35,368 nucleotides of DNA from Rotaria socialis (GCA_905331295.1 CAJNYD010000373.1:124001-159368); one strand, 5' to 3'. Shown: positions 12,305-35,094, counted from the first letter of the stretch. Numbers and translations: made by a program. Notes: generated from the sequence alone by a model not told the origin.

Positions 12305-14530
12305 ATGAACGATTCAATAATTACAAATAATGATGATTATAATAATTCAACAGAACGTTCAGATGAAATCGCTAGTGACATTATTTCATTGATACATTCA
12401 ACCACACATTCAAGTTATGTTACCTGTTCGCAGTTATCTTCCAAACTCTTTTCTTATTTATCTGAAGCAAATATTCATGATCACGAATGGAATGATCTAG
12501 AAAAATCTGTACAAGTAATTTGGCAATAATAAACATTTTTGAAATCAATAAATTGATTTTGTATGTTGTATTTTTAGCGTTTCGATCAAAGTATTGATCA
12601 TCCAGATTTACGTCGTTTTCGACAATTAATAGAAACAATTAGTACATGTTCAAATGACGCTGAAGAACGAAATTATACATTAGGACGTGATGCTAATACA
12701 CTTTTAGAAAGTATCCGTCAATTACAAGAATTATTAGTAAGAAAAACAAATATAATTCATTAGTAAAAAATTTGATAAGAAAACCAGACAGTAAATTTTC
12801 CTTTCTATAATGAATGTCTGATTTGGATTCTATAACTTTAATCATGGCTATTTCCGGAAAATTATTGAACACAGAATTTCCGTCCCAATAGACGAACAAT
12901 TGATTTTTGATGGATCAAGGTCATACATAGATTTGTTATACTCATACAGCACATGCGATAGAAAATAATAATCGAAAGTTCTTCTTATTGTTTAACGAAT
13001 TTTCAAAAGAATAAGCTTTTAACGTATATTTTTGTGGAATGAGTATAGCTCGAGGCTAATAGGTCTGTAACATGAACAAAATCTCATACTATTGCCATAG
13101 ACTATAATCATTCAATTATCATTTCTTAATACAGAGAAAAACACTATTTATTAATTTTTATATTCTAGCAATCTCATGTTAATCTCAATTGTAATTTGCT
13201 TTCGAAATTAATTGATCGAAAAGATATTCAATTGCATTTAATTGATCTTATGAATTTAACTGGAATGGTTAGTTATTTTATTTATCTATTCAAAGAAACG
13301 ATTTATCTTATTTTATTAGAATGTTGGCAATACAATTCATGGAGTTCTATGTGACATAGTTCATCTACTATGTGAAATAAATCGAAAATTTTGTCTCACA
13401 AATGTAATCGATCATCCAATAGTATCGAATTGTATTCGAATTATTCAAACAAGTATTAATAGTATTTGTGCAACAGGTGTTTAAATATAGCGCATGTGTA
13501 TGTAGTTGCTTTTACTTAATGTTTATTTTACTATTCAAACGAAATTCGAAGTTATTTAGAAACTTTTTAATTCAAGTTTGAATAGTAATTTTATCACGCA
13601 ATGCTTATGTGACTGAAACAAAAAGAAACAGAATTAGAAAAATATCTTATTTAAATGATTTTAGGTGACAATGTTAAGTCAACAGTGATCTTCGCACTTC
13701 GTCTACTTACAGATTTACTTTTAACTAATGAATTGTTTCCGGTGCATAGTTATGGTAAATAAACATTTTGCTCAGTATATTTATAGAATTTTCTATTTAG
13801 GTCAATTATCGAATTGTGTATTTTTAAAAAGTATATTTGATCTAATTGAAAATAATGGTGAAAATGATGAATTGATACTAACAGCAATAAAGTTTATTTT
13901 GTCATTTAATTTACGTTTCGATTCTCCTCATGAAAATCCATTAATGCTGACATTATTGGCTGTTAATGAACAATTATCATGTAGAGAATTAATTGAAAGA
14001 TTAATTTTATTATTTAATCGAAGTGGTAAGTGAAAACAATTGAAATGTTTTTAAATATTCTATTTTTTTTTTTTGATATTTTATACTAAATAGTTGATCC
14101 TATTGAATGTAAAACAACAAATTCGATAATGAAATTTTTTTCCGATTTATTTGCTGATCAAGCAGCAACAAGTGATGCAGTTCTATATGATTCAGATCGA
14201 CGTTTAATTGTGGAAATAATAAGTAGAGAATTATCTGATCGTGCAACAACGGATGAAGTAAAATCTTCCTTTTTTTAACAAATATTTTTCTTTTTATAAT
14301 TCAATTTTTGTATTTTTCAGTCAACACCAGCTTATTTATCCTTATTAGAATTAATTCTTCGCAGTCAATCGATAACATCCGAAACATGTCCACGCATTGA
14401 TGAACTTCAAACTGTTTTTCGAGCACATTTATATGCGGAAAATTGTTTAAAGAAAAATCGTTTTATCATAAATGATATTCTTCGTCAGCATTATTGGTTA
14501 TCAACGAATGACATGCCATTCTATCTCTAA
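12305..14530 (+). CDS. NCKIPSD: SPIN90/NCKIPSD (WISH/Dip1/Ldb17 family) armadillo-domain protein without N-terminal SH3. Exons approx. 12305-12514, 12578-12736, 13169-13267, 13320-13477, 13666-13755, 13801-14025, 14094-14257, 14321-14530
   Basis: Spliced motifs NDAEERNYTLGRD (cf. DDAQQRSWALYED), LIERLILLFNRSVDP, SIMKFFSDLF..LYDSDRRLIVEIISRELSD and AYLSLLELILR resemble the SPIN90 C-terminal domain as recalled. GT-AG introns, TAA at 14528-14530. Confidence 0.72.
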
Positions 14531-14608
14531 ATTATTTTCTTTTCTCTTTTTTAATTTTGATCTAGATGTATGTATTTCTTCATAGTTGACCGGTATATTT
14601 TAAAGCAA

Positions 14609-14614
14609 AATAAA
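14609..14614 (+). terminator. Probable polyadenylation signal of the SPIN90-like gene
   Basis: AATAAA about 80 nt after the stop codon. Confidence 0.5.
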
Positions 14615-14692
14615 TACATAAATTTTACTAGTAGATGAATACAAAAAAGAATGATCTAATTTTAGATTTGTAGATTTTAAAAAGAAAATTCA

Positions 14693-17622
14693 ATGCCGGA
14701 ATTAACAACTACTGATAGTGTACAACCGATGGCAGATGAAAAGCCAAAATTACCTGAACAAATTGAGTTAGAAGAAGCTGAAGCAGCTTTAGTTGAAAAA
14801 AATTATAAATCGGCACAAGAAATACTGGAAAAATTAAGTAAATTTTAATATTGAAAAATTATAAAAAATAAATAATATTTTATATTAATAGTTAAACTTC
14901 AAGTTGTTGTTGATAATGAAGATTCAGTAAGAATTAAAGAATCAGCTTTACTTGCTCTTGGAAAACTTTATAAGGAAATTAAAGATGCAAAAGGTATTTA
15001 TATAGAATTATTCTTTCAATTAAAAAACAAAAACAAGAAGATGAATTTTGTCTTTTTAGCATTAGCATCTCTAATTAAAACAACACGTCCATTTCTGGGT
15101 CTTGTTAGCAGAGCTAAAGCAGCTAAACTTGTGCGAACTCTTGTTGATCTATTTCTCGATATGGAAGCTGGTACTGGTGAAGAAGTAAATAAAATATTCT
15201 TTTATTTTTATTTCTAGAATCTAGTTAATGTTGAAATCATATTTTTTTCTGATGTTATAACAAGAAGAAGAAAAAGCAGAATACGCCCCACTCATGTTTT
15301 CGTCGAGTATATAGCCTACGAAACCCATCGTCAGTGCATATAAAAATAGAAAAACAAAAATTTGTTTATCGATAATTTAATTTATTTTTATTAGTATATA
15401 TCAATTATAAACATAGGCAAAGATAGCTAACCGATTTATGAGTCCCGAATTAATCGCTGCAATTTTTTTTCTTCTTATAGTGAATTGAATATACTACTCC
15501 ACAGTTTGTTTTAAATTCAGTGGACGCAAGCATGACTCGAAAAAGAAACAGTCTATGAAACTAAGAGGAATGAATTTAATCGTAGATTTAGAAATTCAAT
15601 CATATTTTTGTAATATTTTCTGGTAAAGATCATAAATAAATAAGACTACATTCATCAACTCAATCATCTAGACATTTCGTTTTTCATAAATACGATTCCT
15701 TGATATAGACGTAAACAATCAACTAAAAAAATATTGACAGAATAATATTATAGAGTAATAATACTCTAAGCATACTAATGATTTCATGTTGATAAATTCT
15801 CGAATCCGAATATAACAACTAACTATTAATAGATTTATGTCTCATACAATTAATATCAATGTGTTAGTTCTGTCATGTTCATTTAATAATCTTCCTTTTC
15901 TTTCTTTTTGCTTAATTGATCGATGTAAAGTTTCCATTTCGATTAGACCTTGCTCAGACACCAGCAAATTGTCTATAACGAACAGCAGATGGCTATTAGA
16001 TGACGTCGCATGTTTTCTTTTCTGATGGAAGATTGAAAGAAGTATGATATATGAGTTGTCGTCTTGCTTTCAGTTCTACTATCAGAGCAGAAAACATACG
16101 GTGTAACATACTAGACATCTGCTATCTATTAAATAAATCGTTCTATTGCCTGATAAAAACTTGATTGAAATCGAAACTTCGTAACTGTAAAATTAAGAAC
16201 CACGTACTTATTTCTTTCATGAAAATAAATTGCCGAAAGAATTATTATCGGCATTTCAAAATAAATTTTTACACATATATTTTTTATTTAGGTTTCATTA
16301 TGTCAAGATAATATTGAATGGGCTAAAAATGAAAATCGAACATTTCTTCGACAAGAACTTGAAGTAAAAATAAAAACATTTCTATCATATTCAATAATAA
16401 TAGTAATGATTTTGTTGTGGTTACTGTTATTCAGGCACGTCTTGTTGCTCTATATTATGATACACAACGATACAATGAAGCACTTATACTTGGTTCACAA
16501 TTACTTAAAGAATTAAAAAAACTTGATGATAAACAATTACTTGTTGAAGTTCAACTACTGGAAAGTAAAACATATTTTGCTTTAGGTAATTTACAAAAAG
16601 CAAGGTAATTTAATTACAAACTACAAATAATCAAATTGAAATTGTTCTCTATTTTTTCTTACTTGATAGAGCTGCATTGACATCGGCAAGAACAACAGCA
16701 AATGGAATTTATACACCACCAAAACTTCAAGCAAGTCTTGATTTACAATCTGGTAAAGATTTTCTTACGTAGACTTGAATTTTTTTACAAAAGAAGAATT
16801 TCTTTTTTTATTTTGATTATCAAAGGAATTTTACATGCTGCCGAAGATAAAGATTTTAAAACAGCATTTTCCTATTTTTATGAAGCATTTGAAGGTTATG
16901 ATCAAATCAATAGTAACAAGGGTATTGTTGCACTCAAATATATGTTATTATCAAAAGTGATGATGAATGCGTATGTTGTTAAAAAAAAACTAAATAGTTT
17001 TATTCGCTACTATTGTTTGTAATGATCTTTAGACCGGATGATGTTAATGCACTTATGTCAGTTAAATTAGCACTTAAGTATAGTGGTCGAGATGTTGAGG
17101 CTATGAAAGCCGTTGCACAAGCAAGTAAAAAACGATCATTAGCTGATTTTCAACAGGTTTGATTGAATTAACGAGAAAGAAAAAAAACTTTGAAATTCAT
17201 GATTGATCTTTTAGGCATTACAAGATTATAAAACTGAACTATCTGGTGATCCAATGGTTCACTCACATTTAGGTACATTATATGATAATTTACTTGAACA
17301 AAATCTTTGCCGTTTACTTGAACCATTTTCTAATGTTCAAATCGAACATATTGCACATTTGATTAATCTACCTCAAGTATGTCATTGAATTCAATAAAAT
17401 ATTTATCATCTTTCTTCTTTCGCACAGGATGTTGTCGAGAAAAAACTCTCTCAAATGATTTTAGATAAAAAATTAATTGGCATTCTTGATCAAGGTTCAG
17501 CCAATATCGTTATTTTTGATGAAACAGCATCCGATACACAATATCAAGATGCTTTGGTCATTATTCAAAATATGTCTAAAGTAGTTGATACTCTCTTTAG
17601 TAAAACGAAAAAACTTTCTTAG
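14693..17622 (+). CDS. PSMD11: 26S proteasome non-ATPase regulatory subunit 11 (Rpn6), multi-exon, with one ~1.1 kb intron (~15185-16291)
   Basis: Motifs [76 protein letters not shown] and the PCI motif [28 protein letters not shown] at 17620-17622. Confidence 0.96.
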
Positions 17623-18067
17623 TGCGGCTTTTTTTCGTGCTTTTATTTTCCAATGTTTGTTTTCACCATTCTGACAAAATATGTTATTATTCAATCATGA
17701 ACCAGCTCCTCTTTCTTTTTGTTGCTTCATCAAATTTTTATCTCTTTTCTTGTTTGAAAAAGAACAGGACTAACACAACAACTCTAGGAAGATATTTATG
17801 AATATATGTAACAAGAATTGAGAAAAATTCCATTCATAAATTCATTGTTATTTTTTTAACCTTATTGTTGAAACAACAAAACATTACAAGGCAAATATAT
17901 ATGTAAAATCGAATGATGATTTAAGTATTTTCTTTACTATAAATGCTCACGGTGATAATCACTAGAATCAAATACACATGATTAAGATTCCTGCTAAAAA
18001 ATAAAGATCCTTGTGTAGATTATTGACATGAGCACTGTGACTAGTCGGTGAAATAGATCTTTAAATG

Positions 18068-18085
18068 TATATATATATATATATA
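18068..18085. repeat. (TA)n microsatellite between the convergent PSMD11 and ESF1 genes
   Basis: gtatatatatatatatata read directly. Confidence 0.75.
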
Positions 18086-18737
18086 AATCAGAAGAAAAAT
18101 TCCTTAATTAAATAATAATTGATAACATAGAGAACATTTCGTTTTCGATAGTTCCAGTGCATTTGCCAGTCTAATGTGGGTTCGATTAAAGAAAAAATTA
18201 GTGCATACATCGAGTTTCACAGATTGTTTATATAATAACTAACATAGTTGCTTTTCATCTGACTATTACGTGATAATCTATGAAGTTTGTATTCATATCT
18301 GTTTCATTGGATGAAAGTTACCATTATATTCATATCATGGATAGGTCCAGCAATAGAAATTTGAAATAAATTCGATTATGATGATTTTTATTTTCTCCCT
18401 AGGATTTGATGTACCACAGTATTTAATTATGTTCCTCATATATTTTCCCAGAAAAGTGCATTTCTTCCACAACAAAACTTCATGTAAATACAGAATTTCT
18501 ACCAACCGAAATATCGTATTCATAAACTGTCAAAGTTTATGTTTCATGAAATTTCGATCAGTAATATTTCGTTATCTATGATAGAATAATGTGCTTTTGT
18601 CTTGTTCGTGTTCAGATTGGCAAAGAAAGTTTTTATTCTGTAACTGTTAGTCACGTAGATATATTATTTTTTCTTGTTGACCGATCAGGAATAAAACATG
18701 ATTCCTAACAGCATCAAAAACAATTATTTTATTTTAT

Positions 18738-21471
18738 TTAATCTTTTTTTGCTGATTTTCTTTTTAATTTAACAACAATATCATCATCATCAAGTTCAGT
18801 CCTTGACGATGAAGTTATACTATTGAATTTTCTCTTCTTTAATTTTTCGTCAATAAGTTGTTGTGTACCGAGTGTTGATTTAAAATGAGGATCGGTTTGA
18901 TCAATATTAAATGCCGGTTGTGAATAAACAGCTTGAAAACGTCTATCATCAAGATTCAATGTAAAATTATCATTGTTTGTTTTTGTTTCGACAACATTGG
19001 ATGAATTTTTTTGTGATTTTTTTGATTTCTTAGCAGCTTTTAATGTTTGCTTATGTGATTTGATCATATCACGAAGATTATAATCACGTTTATCGTCAAT
19101 ATCATCATCAAAAGTAAGTAATTCAAGTGTTTCACGATCATTTTCAGTTGAATCTGCTATTTCCTCTTGCTCTATTTGATCTTTGACAAGATTTAATTTG
19201 TTTGGCTTTTTATTCTTCTTGTTCACGTTTATATGATCTTTTTTATTGAATTTTTCGTCTATTTTACCTTTTAAACCTGGTTGCCATGTTATTTCCATAT
19301 CAATATCACTGTCGTCGTCGTCGTCATCATCATCATCTTTACTGCCATTACGTTGATTGAAATCTTCATCATCACTATTTTGTTCATCGAAGAAATTTGT
19401 TACTTTTTTCTTGGACTGTTTGCCTGCTTTAGGATTATCATCAAAATCCAAAAGTAAAGCTCTAAAATATAATAAGATTAAAAAGAATCAATATTTTTGA
19501 ATTTTTCTTGATCGATTACCTATAACGATCAATATCATCTTGAGTACTAAGAACACTAGGTGCGCGAATGACGGGTTTATTTTGTTTCTGTTTATTTGAA
19601 TTGTCTGGAACATTTGGTACTTTAAAAACACCATTGTCGTTTTTATTTTCATCATCGCTTCCTTCATTAACGTCATTATCATCATTGTCTTCGAGCTCGT
19701 CATCGGATTCTGATGCTAAATAAGTATCTAAATTAACTTGTTCCAATTCTTCAAGTGTATATTTCTTCTTGGTTAATCGACGTCGTTCGATGGGTGTTTC
19801 ATCCCATGTACAACGAACTTTTGTCTGTGTCAATGCTGTATTACGAAAAAGTATTGGCTTATACACTGATTTATCTGGTAATTGAGTACATTGATCTTGC
19901 ACTGGGATCGAAGAATCAAATATAACTGAATCAGGTATAAAACGTAAATCAAGACGAACAGCACTCGTTTCATATTCAAGTCCATCACATTCTTCATATA
20001 TACGACTTGCCGTTGCTACACTATCACATTCGGCAACAGCATAGTAATACTTTAGACGATTTAATTGATATTTTCGTAAACGTTCACGTAGAACAGGATC
20101 AGTTGTATCTTGATCGTCATCTTGATTATAATTTGGTTCTTCATCATCATCATCATCAGATTTTAATTCAGGTTCATCAGGTTCTTCTTCAGCTTCACTT
20201 TGATGACCACTATCAGTACCATTTCTAGAATACCCAACAAAAGCAAAACATAACGTAAGGTATAGTTCAGAGTTGCTAAAGAAATCTTACTTGTCTGTAG
20301 TAATAACAGGCTTTGCAGTTCCAGGCAGTGGACCAAATTTCTTTTCGACTTCCATTTGTTTTAATCCATATTCAGATGGATAGATAGTAACTGATTTAAT
20401 CACACCCTCTGGTGGTTTCCATGAGTTCAGTAAGGTAAATATATCAATAGCACGTACACGATCCCAGTCCATATTGCATATTGCCAATCGATGACTGATT
20501 TCATCAGAACTAAACAATAGAATAATCAATTATTCATTTCTTTTGTTTATATGTTGAAATATTTGCAATTTTAAATCTGTGCAACATTTGCTTTTCTCAC
20601 AGTTAGACAGAGCTTGTCAAAGTCTTTGTGAAAAATCGGTTTAAAAAAGCCAGAGTAAACCATAATAATTGAAATCAATCAAAACTATCCAGCCTCTATA
20701 TGAATTTTCCTCACCATACAATTACGCCAGAGAATTATTCATAGTTTGAATAAGAATTAAAACTACTAGGGCTTGACGATGATAAGATATTTGTGTTAAT
20801 CTTCTCTGAATTTTTTTTTAAATCGAATATTTCATAGTGTTACGAGAAGACGCGCGTTCAAATATCTCAAAAATATTTTTTCAAATCTATATCTAAAAGT
20901 TATTTCGAACTACAACGAAAAATTGATCCAAGCAGTCTATATTGACGACATTTTAATAGATCTATTTCATAAATATCAATTTTCTAATAAATAATTACCG
21001 TGTGCATTTATCATCAAATTCATTCCATTCGATACCATCAGCAACTTCAGGTATTTCTTCATCTTCTTCTGATGAACTTGACTTTTGATCGTCTTCTTCA
21101 TCATTATCATTGTCTTCTTTTTCTTCATCATCACTATCATCACTTTCGAGTAGCTCATCAAGTTGTTCATCATCTGTGGATTTTTTATTTTTTCTTGGCT
21201 TTTCTTCTTCTTCCTCTTCATCGGATGACGTCGAACTGCTTTCATCCTCATCCAGATGATAGAATTTATTCATATCATCACGTGTTGTATGTTCTTTAAC
21301 AAGAGGTCTTCCACGTTTATCAACTGTATATTTTAATTTAAACTTTGGATCACTAAACATCGATGCAAAGCGTCGATCAATCTTTAATTTTGTCTCATTT
21401 TTTGCTACGGGTCGAAAACGTGGGTCTTTTGTAATATGAGCAAAACGACTATCTTTTTTAAGTTCATCCAT
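18738..21471 (-). CDS. ESF1: ESF1 homolog (nucleolar pre-rRNA processing protein). Exons 21471-20999, 20509-20291, 20224-19520, 19461-18738
   Basis: DSRFAHITKDPRF..VDKRGR N-terminus, RLAICNMDWDRVRAID..IYPSEYG, TWDETP, long acidic tracts, and a NUC153-like DRRFQAVYSQPAFNID motif. Frame-preserving GT-AG junctions. Confidence 0.95.
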
Positions 21472-21632
21472 GTTTTTTCTTCTAAACGTAAAATGATCTA
21501 CAATTATGAATAGGTTAAATAGACATTAATTTTGGATATAGAGTTTTCTTTGAGGACAAAAAAAAGAAATAAACCTACGTAATATGGTTAGTCGAAATGA
21601 AAAAAAGAAAAGAAATGCAAAAGTACAAATGT

Positions 21633-21944
21633 CTATTTAGGCAAACGATTTGCAGTATTTGGAATCGTTTTGGTCGTTAAATTTTCAACCGCGTTGAAAA
21701 CTTGTTCAGCATTCATGCCCGTTAATGGTATTTGTTTTTCAATTCCATATTCATATCGTGTCCATAATGTTGGATTCACATTTGAACATTCTCGAATGAG
21801 TATTGGCGTTGCTGGGTTCTGTTGTTTTAAATTAACATAAAATTTTTCAATAAATTGACGTACACCAGCACTAGTTGTTGATTTTTGACATAAATGTAAG
21901 CGTAATTCTTTTACAGTCGGTGCGAATCGAAGTGCTTTAGACAT
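21633..21944 (-). CDS. NDUFA2: NADH dehydrogenase (ubiquinone) 1 alpha subcomplex subunit 2 (B8), intronless CDS
   Basis: KELRLHLCQKSTTSAGVRQFIEKFYVNLKQQNPATPILIRECS..LWTRYEYGIE. Likely start MSKALRF at 21944 (an in-frame upstream ATG lies at 21977). Confidence 0.94.
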   Translation of the reverse strand: MSKALRFAPTVKELRLHLCQKSTTSAGVRQFIEKFYVNLKQQNPATPILIRECSNVNPTLWTRYEYGIEKQIPLTGMNAEQVFNAVENLTTKTIPNTANRLPK

Positions 21945-22167
21945 TATCTGAAAATCATTCCAATTTATCTTTAACATACTCTTTGCTCATATGTTTTAAC
22001 AAAAACAACAATTAAAAATGCCGCATTCATGATAATCTGACTTTCCTGAAACTAAAACCAACGAATAACAAACAACAATAACAGCAGATAATCTGAAATA
22101 GCTAACAACAACAAAAACTGCTGGAGTAAATAGATAAAAAGAAAAATATCAGCATCAAGTCTGAGCA

Positions 22168-32185
<10,018 letters not shown>

Positions 32186-32929
32186 CTTGAAAAAATAACC
32201 AAATTTAGTTTATTATTGAAAGATTAGCGATAGTTGATATATTCATGTAGAAGAGAAATAACGACTGCATATAAATACTTTAACTTTATCGAGGCTTTAA
32301 AAAAATATCTTTTTACATTCCATTGGAAAGAATTTGGCACGTATTCTGATAAACAAATTCTACTAAATTTCACGAGGAATATGTGCGAAATATTTCCTGG
32401 AATCTCGCTATATTTTATGTCGAGGTACAATGATGCAATTGAAATCGTCCAATAGTATTATTTTGAATTTTTTCATCCAGTGCTCCTGACATCTATTTCT
32501 GGTGAATTTGAAATGTATTTTACGCAGTTTAATTTTATCGACTACAATAATCTAGGATATATAAGATTTACTTCTAGCTTTAAAATATTGGACGCTTCAT
32601 GAGACATTTCGTTATTCTAGAGTATTTTTTATTTCATCCTACATGTTTTTTTCCATACTGTTCAATCGTTGTTATCTTATAGTTTTTTTTATCTATTATT
32701 CACGATTTCTGTGTTCATTTTGTTTCCTTGTCATACATCGTTATGAACTCAGTATGCTATTAAACAAAGGTGAAAATGAAACATAAAAATATGCACCGCA
32801 ATCCTTACTACAGAAAAATCTAAGACAGGTGATAGAATTCTCATGAATAAATATGACATAGTGAAAATTTTCATCGTTTAAAAGAGAACCCAATTGCTTT
32901 GCGAGAGTCTACTTCAGTAATAATAACGT

Positions 32930-33584
32930 ATGCTACGAATTATAATATTTCTTGTGATAGCGACATTCGCTATATGTGAACGTCAAACTCCTCCTTCATA
33001 TCCATTATGGCCTGATGGATTCAAGTAAATTTGATTGTTCTTAAGAAAAAGATCGAATGATTAAAACTATTTTCGTTTTTAGAACCGAAGCCATAGTAAC
33101 TGCTTTTGATGAAGATAATCAGCCACATGTTCATCGTAGTCTTTTCTATTATGCATATACAAACGTAACGCCTAGTGGAAAATGGCATGGCCTAGAACGG
33201 CACGATCATTTTGGTTATTGTTATGGTTGGGCTGTGAATCAATCTAGTTGCACTATTTTAATTACTGGAAATGTTTATGTGGTTGCTAATAATCTTTGTT
33301 GTATAGCTTTGCCAGGAAATTTCGGTGTACCTCGAGATTGGCTTAAAAGTGCCACTTGGCTTGGAATAGAACAGATACATGGTAGAAATGTTGATCACTG
33401 GTATGCTTGGGAACATGAATATTGGAGTGAAGTTGATGAACTTGGAAATGGTGTACGCTATTCGGGTCCTAACTTTAAAACACCTCGTCAATTTACAGAT
33501 TATGATGCATGGGAAATTGCTCCACAAGATCCTACACTTTTTGATTTACCAAAAGATACTGATTGCAGCCAGCCATGTTCATAA
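32930..33584 (+). CDS. Secreted 198-aa protein of probable ependymin-related / At4g14100-like type. Exons 32930-33024 and 33083-33584
   Basis: Signal-peptide-like MLRIIIFLVIATFAIC, then PSYPLWPDGFK|TEA across a 58-nt GT-AG intron. Motifs CC..PRDWLKSATWLGIEQIHGRNVDHW and C-terminal DPTLFDLPKDTDC. AATAAA at 33622 and near 33646. Family assignment is from remembered motif similarity. Confidence 0.7.
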
Positions 33585-35094
33585 TACTAGTTGCGATTCT
33601 GCAATGTGAACAATGTCATACAATAAAAATCTGAATCGTATTTTTAATAAAAGATATCACAAGAGCAATATGTTATCAGAAATATTGGCTTTTATAAAAT
33701 CATAGCATTCGTTACTTAAAAATAAAAATGGACTTTGATAATGTGTAATCCTATTACATAGTTTCTCGATAACAAATAATTTCAGTATCAAGAATACTTT
33801 TTGTCTGAATAGACTATAGGTCAATAAATAAAACTAGTTTACAAGAGAAAAACACCAGAGATAGATGCAAGTTGAAAGTAATGTAGCGCCCGGAAGGTTT
33901 TTCAATAAGTTACGATCAAGTTCTCTCAAAGAACGAAATTAGAAAAATTCTCTGATTGCAGTATGGCTTCCAACTTATGTTTTCTCCGGTTCTTTTCTCT
34001 TGTCGGTTCCAGTGAAATTCCATCATTTTTGGAAACCAAAACTACTATTTATCTTGATGGATTTATTATTTAGTTTTGATAGAGTTTCTAATTTATTTTA
34101 TTATAATGGAAAGATATTATAGCACTTATAAATCAATAGAAATGGAAATTTCAACCTGAATGCGATCGAATGCTTGAACTAATTGATACCTTGACAATAT
34201 TCTTTACATTATTGTAATATTCCTATAAAGATAATCAAAACAGAGAATAAAATAATACAAGTAGTAAATATCCGCTTTGTAACGCCTCACTTTCAAATAA
34301 TAAAGTTCCACGCGCTCGACGTTATCGATTGATTTTTATCAATCATCACTATTTATTTATACACTTTTACATTTTTTGAAGATTTTAAGCAACTTTCTGG
34401 TACTAAGTAAATTTCATTGAAACCATTTCTATCAAACTTTGCAATACAAATAGAAGCAGTCATTTAGTATGTAGATATACGAAGTATAAAGAGTTTCTAT
34501 ACTAATCATTACGCTTTGCATATGAATTGTCGAACTTTGAGCAATCCTTATGTATGTTCATCTTGGTTTACAGATATATGAAGCTGTATGATATTTAAAA
34601 CTCAACAAACAATCTTAGAGGTCTTGTTTTTCAATCGAATATATGTACTGTATTCAAATATTCAGATAAAGAAGAAATTCGTCAATCGCGTTCGATCTAT
34701 ATACTTATATGATTTTAATTTTAAATCAATATGAATAAGAGATAAAAGATGATATTGTCACAGTTGATTGAATATGAAAAGTTTAAGATAAAAGGTATTA
34801 GAATATGCCCGAATTTGATAAGATCAAGCTTAAACGAAGCAATTAAACAAGTTCTACAGTTTAAGTTCTTTTATTATTTAATAATGGTTAACAAACGACT
34901 CTAATGATTGTAGGTCATTAGTGTCTGTGAAGAAATAATGTAATGCGAAATCATTCTGTCAAAAATTAACTGTTGAATAAAAAGTTGTTTTTGTTTTGGA
35001 TTGAGATTTGAGCTTAATACCAACAAAAACTTATCTTGGTGAAATTTACAATTAAATCATTTGCATTCTTTCAAATATATAGCTATGATTAGAT

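Noticed and set aside
18130..18581. ORFs 18335-18523 and 18378-18581 between PSMD11 and ESF1
   Set aside because: Short, no recognisable family, and neighbouring frames contain several stops
20608..20780. hAT-like ends (CAGAGCTTG, TAGGGCTTG, CAGCCTCTA) in ESF1 intron 1
   Set aside because: No matching pair with a TSD; also no sense-strand C/D box pair to support an intronic snoRNA
20007..21299. His/Leu-rich plus-strand ORFs and the Met/Lys-rich off-frame ORF in ESF1
   Set aside because: Artefacts of GAT/GAA acidic codon runs read in other frames
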